Of a stretch of 64,000 nucleotides of DNA, positions 57,188-64,000 are shown in pieces. The position numbers and the translations under genes were made by a program. Origin of the DNA: a virus (Duplodnaviria; Caudoviricetes); the IMG/VR virus record IMGVR_UViG_3300033075_001674, positions 44,476 through 108,475 of that record. One strand, given 5' to 3'. Within the stretch, counting starts at the first letter, position 1. Every line of letters starts with the position of its first letter. The notes beneath the pieces were generated by a model that saw only the letters and a program-made list of their open reading frames with translations, did not search any database and was not told where the DNA came from.

Positions 57188-57573
57188 AACTTCTCTACGC
57201 GTCCCTGCTCGTCCCCCTGCTGGGGGCGTGTGAACCCCCGCCCTGCGAAGATGCCTGGGAGAGCGCCGACAAGCGGGCTCTCCACTTCACCCTCAGCCTC
57301 CGCTCGGGCTCCTTCGGCTGCCCCAGCCTCATCACCTTCGGGAGCGAGGACCCCACCAACCCTTGGGTCGAGTGCAACCTCGCTGGGGCCAGGGAGTACG
57401 AGTCCGCGAGCACGTGCACGCGCTCCTTCAGCGGCACCTGCACCACCCCCGACGGGGAGTACGCCGCCTCGGGGGCCCTCTACCTGGATCGCGACAGCGA
57501 GAACGTGACCGGGGAGATGACCTACTACTTCAGGGACGGCAGCACCTGCACCTACGGGGTCCTCGCCCAATGA
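57184..57573 (+). CDS. Lipoprotein
   Basis: MKLLYASLLVPLLGA|C lipobox; ATGA coupling at both ends. Confidence 0.7.
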   Translation: MKLLYASLLVPLLGACEPPPCEDAWESADKRALHFTLSLRSGSFGCPSLITFGSEDPTNPWVECNLAGAREYESASTCTRSFSGTCTTPDGEYAASGALYLDRDSENVTGEMTYYFRDGSTCTYGVLAQ

Positions 57574-57932
57574 TGCCCATCATGGAAGGCCTCTCGAACT
57601 CCGGCCCCCTGGTAAAGGGCCTGACGAACTATCGAACCTACGCGAGCCAGCACAACCTGTTCGACGTAGACACCGCGCTGCTGTGCAGCGCCTTGCGCGC
57701 CGCTACGACTGCGGGGGTCATCCACGCCTGGTGTTTGGAGTCCGGGCACGTCTTCCTGCCCAATGATAACCCCGGCGGCGCAGCTCTCTGGCTCGTCTAC
57801 GCCCCCCTCTACGCAGCCTTCGAGCTGGATGCCAGGATCGCCAGGTCCAGCTTCGATCACGCGAACCCCAAGTGGGAGCGCCTGCTCCGCTGCATGGAGG
57901 AGCTGGCTGCCTCGCTGGAGATGTGGAGGTGA
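57570..57932 (+). CDS. Hypothetical protein
   Basis: Coupled ORF. Confidence 0.55.
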   Translation: MMPIMEGLSNSGPLVKGLTNYRTYASQHNLFDVDTALLCSALRAATTAGVIHAWCLESGHVFLPNDNPGGAALWLVYAPLYAAFELDARIARSSFDHANPKWERLLRCMEELAASLEMWR

Positions 57933-58462
57933 CGCCCGAGCAGCTCAGCGAGATCCTGGAGAAGCAAGCCATCCTCTGGGACAGCGGCTCGAACATGCAC
58001 CTTCTCGCTTACCCGGTCACGTGGGAAGGGAAGCGCGCCAGGATCCCCCGGAAGAAGAAGAAAGCGCTGCTTCGTCGCTCTCTGGAGCTCGTTGACCTGG
58101 GATCTTCCTTCGACGACACCCTCCGGAGGGAGGCACAGAACCCCGATATCGACTTCAGGGTGCTGGCCAAGCTGCTGACCCGGGGGTTCGGCTGGGAGAA
58201 CCCTGCGGTGCACCTTCTGCTGCTTGCTTACCCTCCTCCCTTGGTGTTTGACCTCCTCGACAGCTACCCCGACGAGTTCAGCGAGGTTCGCGGGGAGATG
58301 GAGCTCCTGAGCGGGCTGGTTTGCCACTGCAGGAAACGACACAAACTCGATTGGTGGAACCGCTTCCACCTGGACCCCGGACCCGCCACCTTCGGGCTGC
58401 TGTGGCCCCACGAGGAGCTGGCCCGCTGGCTGATAGCTGAAGTAGGACTGATCCCAAGATGA
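57929..58462 (+). CDS. GW.NP paralog family member
   Basis: NPDID...GFGWENPAVHLLLLAYPP; close to 53573-54115 (R.PRK.KK, WP.EEL). Confidence 0.65.
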   Translation: MTPEQLSEILEKQAILWDSGSNMHLLAYPVTWEGKRARIPRKKKKALLRRSLELVDLGSSFDDTLRREAQNPDIDFRVLAKLLTRGFGWENPAVHLLLLAYPPPLVFDLLDSYPDEFSEVRGEMELLSGLVCHCRKRHKLDWWNRFHLDPGPATFGLLWPHEELARWLIAEVGLIPR

Positions 58463-58932
58463 CCGCCGATCCAAGCCTCTTCCCTGTCGCACTCCTGATC
58501 ACCGGCTCCCGCTCCCTGGCAAGCAAGGCGGAGTCCCGGGCCTGGGCGCAGCTACTCCTCAAGGAGGTCCTCCTTTCCCTGCCCAACAACAGCCTCCTCA
58601 TCCACGGTGGGGCGGTGGGGCCCGACAAGTGGGCCGGGGAGATCTTCCAGACCCGCGCGAACGGAAGCATGCGGGTCTACTACGCCGACGGTCGATCCGA
58701 GTACCGTCGAACCCTGGACGCCCCGCCCCTTGAAGAACGGTGGAGCGACCGAGACGTGGGCCCGCTGGCCCGCAACACCCACATGGTCGTCCGCGTGCTC
58801 CCTGCGCTGACCGGATTCCGCCGGCAGGTTCTGGGGCTCGTGGACATGCACTCCCCCACCCGGGGGACCGACCACACGCTGAATCTCGCTCGCAAGCAGG
58901 GGTTCAGCGTTCGACGCTTCGTTTACCCGTTA
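58459..58932 (+). CDS. SLOG-family (DUF2493/YspA-like) protein (157 aa if TTA is stop)
   Basis: ITGSR; IHGGA.G.D..A; GPLARN..M; RGT. Confidence 0.75.
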
Positions 58933-58944
58933 TATGGAGCTGCT

Positions 58945-59499
58945 ATGGACCTGACCAAGAAACGCGTGTTCATCTTCGATGCGGACGGAACCCTCCGCCG
59001 CTGCCTGGACCCCAAGAAGCCCTGCCCGAATGCACCGGGAGAGTGGGAGCTGATGCCAAACGTGCGGGAGAAGCTCCGCTCGCTCGACTGGGCGGAGGTC
59101 ATCGGGGTGGTCTCCAACCAGGCCGGTGTCGCCTTCGGGCACCTGACCCGTGAAGTGGCCCAGCAGATGCTGGCCGACACGTTCATCGAAGCGCTGTCCC
59201 TGTGCAGTGTGGCAACCCACCCGAAGCTGAAGTCAACCCACCTGTTCATGTGCGCTCACCACCCCGATGCGGCGTGCGTCTGCAGGAAGCCTGAGCCCTT
59301 CGGGCTTTACTCCGTGATGGGGGCGCTGGTTACCGCCACGGGCGCTCCGCTCAGCAAGTCGGAGGTCCTCTACGTGGGGGACATGGCCAGCGACAAGAAG
59401 GCGGCGAGCCGAGCGGGCGTGGACTTCATGTGGGCGTGCGACTTCTTCGGGTGGGACACCCCCTGTAAGGGGAAAGAGGAGAGCGACGAGTGGGACTGA
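58945..59499 (+). CDS. HAD-IIIA phosphatase (GmhB/HisB/PNKP-like)
   Basis: FDADGTL; SNQAGV; CRKP.P; YVGD...D; own RBS GGAG. Confidence 0.85.
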   Translation: MDLTKKRVFIFDADGTLRRCLDPKKPCPNAPGEWELMPNVREKLRSLDWAEVIGVVSNQAGVAFGHLTREVAQQMLADTFIEALSLCSVATHPKLKSTHLFMCAHHPDAACVCRKPEPFGLYSVMGALVTATGAPLSKSEVLYVGDMASDKKAASRAGVDFMWACDFFGWDTPCKGKEESDEWD

Positions 59500-59987
59500 C
59501 GGAGCTGGTGAGGCTCTCCCGTGTACCTCGACCGTCAGCCCTGGAGCTCCACCACAGGGAGCGGATGCGGATCGAGCAGGAGTTGCTGTCCCTGTCCCTT
59601 CAGCGCGTGTGGCACAGCTGCGCTCGGTGTGGCCGTCTCCACCTGACCGTAATCGACGACGGCTACATCTGGCGCGACGATGCAGAGCACTACGTGACTC
59701 GCATCAACCTCTGTCTGCACCCTCTCCTCACCATCAGCCAGGCGCAGCAGATCGCCCGCAAGTGCCCTGCTCTCATCGCTGTGATGAAGGAGAACGCCAC
59801 CCTACGCCTCGGTCTGCAGACCGACCCCGCTGTGCTACGGCCGGGTGGGATGACGATGCAGGATCTGGAGAACCGCCTGGAGTGGTTCAACCTACTCCAG
59901 GAGTACATCGAGCAGTGGGGGTTGCGGCCCCTGTTGGCCAAAGGCTTTGAGCACCCGCAGTGGGTTCACAGCCCACGCTACGGCTGA
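59490..59987 (+). CDS. Divergent GW.NP family member
   Basis: HPLLT...ENATLRLGLQTDP. Confidence 0.5.
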   Translation: MGLTELVRLSRVPRPSALELHHRERMRIEQELLSLSLQRVWHSCARCGRLHLTVIDDGYIWRDDAEHYVTRINLCLHPLLTISQAQQIARKCPALIAVMKENATLRLGLQTDPAVLRPGGMTMQDLENRLEWFNLLQEYIEQWGLRPLLAKGFEHPQWVHSPRYG

Positions 59988-59997
59988 AAGGACGAAC

Positions 59998-60807
59998 ATG
60001 AAGAAGTACGGTTGGTACAAGATCCACGGCCCCCTCCGGGGGGAGCACGACAGATGGGAGGGCCTCCTGGAGGATGTGCGGTGCCAGGCACGTAAGGACG
60101 TGGTGAACGTGCGGGCAGGCGAGCTTCGGGCATGCGACCAGTACGCCGCTATCTCCGTCAAGGAGCTCCGCAACTTTCTGTACGCTCACCCGGGCACTGC
60201 CCCCATGCGAGCAGTGAAGCTGTGGGTTTTTAGCCTGGCCTCCCTGTCGTGGGAGGGGGCTATCTTCGAGGGCAAGGTGCTCACGAAGGACCGGGAAATG
60301 CACGACGCCTTTGAGAGGCTGGTCGACACCTACGTCTCATCCGAGCCCAGCAAGATGGGGCGCGTGCTGGTGATCGATAAGGGCGTCGAGGCCACCCTCT
60401 CCCAGTGGCTGTCCACCCACTTCCAGATCTCCTGCAGGTACGTCCACGAAGGGCGGCCACTGGCTGCGGAAGAGTGGCGCACGGTCTACGCACACACGCA
60501 CCAATGCAGCAGCTGCTCCAAGGAGGAGACCTGCCAGAAGAGGGAGTGCCATGTGCACGGGCGCTTCAACGAGCAGGGAGAGAAGCGCCCCTGCGCACCC
60601 TGCTTCCGGCAGGGGATGTTGGACCTGGAGGAGCAGGCATTCACGTACGCCAACAGGGAGTCCCCTCTCCCGGGAGAGGCCACCGCTTGCCTGAACGCCC
60701 TCGCTTACCAGGCGCTGGCCTACTCCTCCGAGGGAGCGGCCCGGGTGCGTGAGATCGCCAAGATCTGCGCAACCCACAAGCCTGAGCCTTCCTACCGGGT
60801 GTGGTGA
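59998..60807 (+). CDS. Hypothetical Cys-containing protein
   Basis: RBS AAAGGA. Confidence 0.6.
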   Translation: MKKYGWYKIHGPLRGEHDRWEGLLEDVRCQARKDVVNVRAGELRACDQYAAISVKELRNFLYAHPGTAPMRAVKLWVFSLASLSWEGAIFEGKVLTKDREMHDAFERLVDTYVSSEPSKMGRVLVIDKGVEATLSQWLSTHFQISCRYVHEGRPLAAEEWRTVYAHTHQCSSCSKEETCQKRECHVHGRFNEQGEKRPCAPCFRQGMLDLEEQAFTYANRESPLPGEATACLNALAYQALAYSSEGAARVREIAKICATHKPEPSYRVW

Positions 60808-61012
60808 TGGAAGTGAAGCTGACCCACGCAGAGGTCATCACGGCGTGCCAGGAGTACATCGAGCGTCACTACGGGCTCCGTACTGCTGGGAGACGAAGGT
60901 AGCTGGGAGCGTCCGTAACAACAGCGGGATTTACGAGATCACCACCGTTGCTGTCTCCTTCCCGGAAGTGGGGGAAAAGTCGAGACAAGGATCCTACCGC
61001 GAGAACGGGTAG
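60807..61012 (+). pseudogene. Small gene apparently frameshifted near 60890
   Basis: MEVKLTHAEV...LRTAG stops at TAG 60900-60902; plausible continuation ETKVAG...RENG in another frame. Confidence 0.35.
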
Positions 61013-61020
61013 AGTCCGGA

Positions 61021-61044
61021 GAAGCCGGGGGGCTTCTTTTTAGC
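61021..61044 (+). terminator. Intrinsic terminator
   Basis: gaagcc/ggcttc stem then TTTTTAGC. Confidence 0.7.
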
Positions 61045-61094
61045 TGAAAGCTGACATAAGCACCTGGAGCCCCTTCGCTCCAGAAAGAGAACCT

Positions 61095-61925
61095 ATGGCG
61101 AACAACTACATGCACTCCTGCACGCAGCTGCCCATCCCCGATGCGCTCAAGGACAAGGCTCAAGCCTGGGTGAAAGATATCGAAGAACTCCTCCGGTTCC
61201 TCTGCGATGAGGAGTACGAAGAGGGGGACGACTACCCCCTCCCCGGCCTGGCGCACGCGCATGCCTTCGTGAACCGATTCTACGGGGGCGTGAAGGCGGC
61301 GGCGTACGCTCTGTGCGACGCTGCACACGATGTCGAGCTGACGCTGGAAAGCTGTCCGCAGGGCAGGTGTCTCTACGTTTCGGACAAGGACGGGTCGCTC
61401 AACGTGGATCTGGCGCTGCAGCTCATCAGCCAGTTCCTGGAGGTCATGGGGAGCGACGAGGAGACCTTCGTGGAGTGGTGTTCCACCTGCGACAAGAGCC
61501 GCCCTGATGCGTTTGGCGGAGGTACCGCGCTGGTCAGCCGGGAGCACATCGCAGACCTCGACGTGCAGGCGTTGCTGCGGCTCAAGATGCGGTCGCTCCG
61601 CTGCGCGCAGGATTCCAAGTGGGCAAAGCACGCCAGCTCTCCGTTCCGCGCCAAGAGCTACCTGCTGACGTTCGTGGGCGACAACGGCGACGAGACCTTC
61701 TCCTCGATGGACCTCAGCGAGGCTCTTGAAGAGGCAGCTTCTGGGGACCTTCTCCTGCTGGTTGAATGCCCCCGGGAGGAGCACCTCACCCCCGAACGCA
61801 CACACGCCCTCGTCAAGAGGGCGGATGGGTACTCCGACTTCTTCTGGCCCAACGGGGACGCGCCCCCGGAAGGCAAGGTCGCTGATGTGCAGGCCGACTA
61901 CGGCCCTCTGGGGGAGGTGTCCTAG
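61095..61925 (+). CDS. Hypothetical protein (276 aa)
   Basis: Downstream of CATAAG motif; ends TAG. Confidence 0.65.
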   Translation: MANNYMHSCTQLPIPDALKDKAQAWVKDIEELLRFLCDEEYEEGDDYPLPGLAHAHAFVNRFYGGVKAAAYALCDAAHDVELTLESCPQGRCLYVSDKDGSLNVDLALQLISQFLEVMGSDEETFVEWCSTCDKSRPDAFGGGTALVSREHIADLDVQALLRLKMRSLRCAQDSKWAKHASSPFRAKSYLLTFVGDNGDETFSSMDLSEALEEAASGDLLLLVECPREEHLTPERTHALVKRADGYSDFFWPNGDAPPEGKVADVQADYGPLGEVS

Positions 61926-61926
61926 G

Positions 61927-62472
61927 GTGCCCGGACCGATACATCTTCCCCTGTTGTCGTTCGATGACGTGCCCACGTTCCCTAGGGCGCATTGGGAGGT
62001 GGATGTTGGTTGGAGGGACCTCCCTCACTTCTTGGATCGCCATGTGAACGACCCGACCACCCCGCTGGATCTAGACCCTGACTTCCAGAGAGGGCACGTC
62101 TGGACCCTGGAGCAGAAGACGGCCTACATCGAGTACGTTCTGCAGGCGGGGGAGCAAGGGAAGGTCCTGGTCTCCAACTGCCCCGGGTGGGACAGCGTTC
62201 CGAAGGGTCCTCACCAGCTGGTGGACGGCAAGCAGCGCTTGGAGGCAGCGCTGGGGTTCCTTCGAGACGAGGTGCCCGCGTTTGGCAGGCTGCGCAGCCA
62301 GTACACCGGCGCGATGCGCTACTACATCGGCTTCAAGTGGAGGATCCTCGCCTTGAACACTCGGGCGGAGGTCTTGCGCTTCTACCTGGCGTTCAACGCA
62401 GGCGGTACCCCTCACGCTGCCAGCGAGATCGAGCGGGTGCGCGGGCTCCTTCGGGAGGAGGAAGCGCGGTAG
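61927..62472 (+). CDS. DUF262 (ParB-like/GmrS) domain protein
   Basis: PDFQRGHVW; VDGKQRL; FN..GTP; RBS GGAGGT. Confidence 0.82.
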   Translation: MPGPIHLPLLSFDDVPTFPRAHWEVDVGWRDLPHFLDRHVNDPTTPLDLDPDFQRGHVWTLEQKTAYIEYVLQAGEQGKVLVSNCPGWDSVPKGPHQLVDGKQRLEAALGFLRDEVPAFGRLRSQYTGAMRYYIGFKWRILALNTRAEVLRFYLAFNAGGTPHAASEIERVRGLLREEEAR

Positions 62473-62479
62473 CCCGCCA

Positions 62480-62504
62480 GCCCCCCTGGGGGGCGTCTTT
62501 TAGC
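62480..62504 (+). terminator. Intrinsic terminator
   Basis: gccccc/gggggc stem then TCTTTTAGC. Confidence 0.6.
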
Positions 62505-62720
62505 TAAAAAAGCTGCCCGTACAGGCACAGCCGCGCGTCGCGTCGGTAAGGGCATTTCACTAAGGAGGGTCGCAGATCCACGAGAGTCCAGGAGCGTAGT
62601 GGGCCGGAGCGCGGGGAGGCAGGGGGGCAGATAGATCTTGTCTCTGTGTCAGAGATCCTGGGAGTCTTGCTGGTGCAGCAAGTAGAAACCGCCCCCAACC
62701 GATCACGATGGAGAAGAAGC

Positions 62721-63080
62721 ATGTCGCAGGAAAGTCCACGAAACGTCGCCGCAAGGATCGCGGTGCTCGCGCATGAAGCTGGCGGGATGGGAGAGGAGGA
62801 GAATCTGCTCCGGGCGCTCCTCGCCAAGGCGCAGATGACCCTCAAGGAGACGGACTGCGAGATGTACCCCAGGTACTTCGCGGGGTGGCTGTTCTCCCTT
62901 GTTCTTGTCGACCGCTTCACCGGGCAGGAGAAGGAGACGATCCTGATCGACAGCGACGCCCACAATCTCCTGCCCCCGGAAGGGGACGTTGTGGAGGTCG
63001 GGCCCCCATTGCGCCCGCACCGCGTCACCCGGGGCATCACTGTCCCTTGGGGTGCCCCGTGGGCCGCTCAGACCAGCTTA
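62721..63080 (+). CDS. Hypothetical protein; 3' end uncertain (in-frame TTA at 63078)
   Basis: RBS GGAG; coding-like sequence continues past the TTA. Confidence 0.45.
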
Positions 63081-63303
63081 CTGGATCACCCGGACTACAA
63101 GCCCTTCGCCCTCATCGGCAAGCCGCAGAACAGGCTCGGTCAGCCGCGGGATCTCGCGGGGGGCCGGGTGGGGCAGGCTTGTGCGTGCACCGTGTCCCGG
63201 AGCAGCAACACCTACCGGAGCAGCAGATGGACGCGCTGCACATGTTCCAGATGCTGCAGAAGCTCACGTTACCTGGCCTCCGTAGGGGTGGTATACTGCC
63301 GGC

Positions 63304-63447
63304 ATGCGCATCCTCCTCGGCATCTTTCTGGGTAGGGTTACCCGGAGACTCCACCTCCGGGGTGGAGGGGACCCGTACACCTTCCTGCTCAACGAGGACG
63401 GCACCTTCGTCCTGAACGAGGACGGATCCAAGATCCGCCTGACTTGA
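63304..63447 (+). CDS. 47-aa structural peptide with LLNEDG repeat (not in ORF track)
   Basis: TATACT-N6-ATG; MRILLGIFLG...FLLNEDGTFVLNEDGSKIRLT-TGA. Confidence 0.65.
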   Translation: MRILLGIFLGRVTRRLHLRGGGDPYTFLLNEDGTFVLNEDGSKIRLT

Positions 63448-63457
63448 GGAGGAGACG

Positions 63458-64000
63458 ATGCCTAACCTGAAAGTAACCGAGATGGGGGCGGCCGACGCGC
63501 TCTCCGGGACGGAATCCTTCTTCACGGTGCAGGGGGGTGTAGGGAAGCGCGTTACCGCGAACCAGGTCACCACCTTCATCGGTGCGCAGGCCAAAGCCGA
63601 TGCTGCGCAGGCTGCTGCAGAGTCCTACGCGGATGGTGTAGCTGCTGCGGCACAAGCCGCTGCAACACTGGCTGCAGCTGGGTACACCGACAGCGAGATC
63701 GCCTCGCTAGGGACTTCCCTGCAGTCCTACGCGGACGGCGTGGTCTCGGGCTACGTCCCCACGTCGCGCACTGTCACAGCGGGCAGCGGCCTTACCGGAG
63801 GAGGCGACCTCAGCGCGAATCGCTCGCTCGCGGTGGACTACGGCAGCGCGCCCGGCGCCATCGCTACCACCGGCAGCGCGGGTGCTGCGTCGACGGTGAG
63901 CCGCAGCGACCACACCCACCAGGCCGAGGACGTGACGGCGCGCACCGCTGCCTCGACGCTCACCGGCGCCGAGGTGCTGGGGCTCAGCCAGAGCAGCGCG
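63458..64000 (+). CDS. Tail fibre protein, N-terminal part (runs off window; not in ORF track)
   Basis: RBS GAGGAGG; MPNLKVTEM...; VPTSRTVTAGSGLTGGGDLSANR; SRSDHTH. Confidence 0.75.
   Translation, partial: MPNLKVTEMGAADALSGTESFFTVQGGVGKRVTANQVTTFIGAQAKADAAQAAAESYADGVAAAAQAAATLAAAGYTDSEIASLGTSLQSYADGVVSGYVPTSRTVTAGSGLTGGGDLSANRSLAVDYGSAPGAIATTGSAGAASTVSRSDHTHQAEDVTARTAASTLTGAEVLGLSQSSA

Overview
Gene-dense, GC-rich segment of a large tailed-phage genome (probably contractile-tailed); no host housekeeping genes, rRNA, tRNA or CRISPR array seen. Layout: baseplate/tail genes and two membrane-protein genes (+, 1-9.2 kb); a minus-strand replication/recombination block (RusA, UvsY-like, Cas4-like nuclease, family A DNA polymerase split by an HNH-encoding group I intron, SSB, primase, DnaB-like helicase, UDG-like, SF2 helicase; 9.2-22.1 kb); head-associated genes and portal (+, 22.1-28.6 kb); a MoxR AAA+/VWA-peptidase pair (-); a single-chain bacterial-type beta-beta' RNA polymerase with two inteins (32.4-41.5 kb); spike/structural genes and an intein-containing large terminase (41.5-50.7 kb); small accessory genes including a 7-member paralog family (50.7-63.3 kb); and the start of a tail-fibre gene. 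Main observation: in-frame TTA codons are absent from conserved domains, but 9 of the 10 I found in called genes sit at the apparent protein end. Reading TTA as stop removes or shrinks six long overlaps and splits three apparent fusions, which suggests UUA acts as a fourth stop codon. Also seen: a TAnnnT-N6-9-ATG leaderless promoter pattern on structural genes, a hairpin-T-tract-TAGC terminator motif, and recurrent K-x-A motifs in head proteins. All calls are by-eye motif recognition; no searches were run. CDS ends below use TTA as stop where noted.
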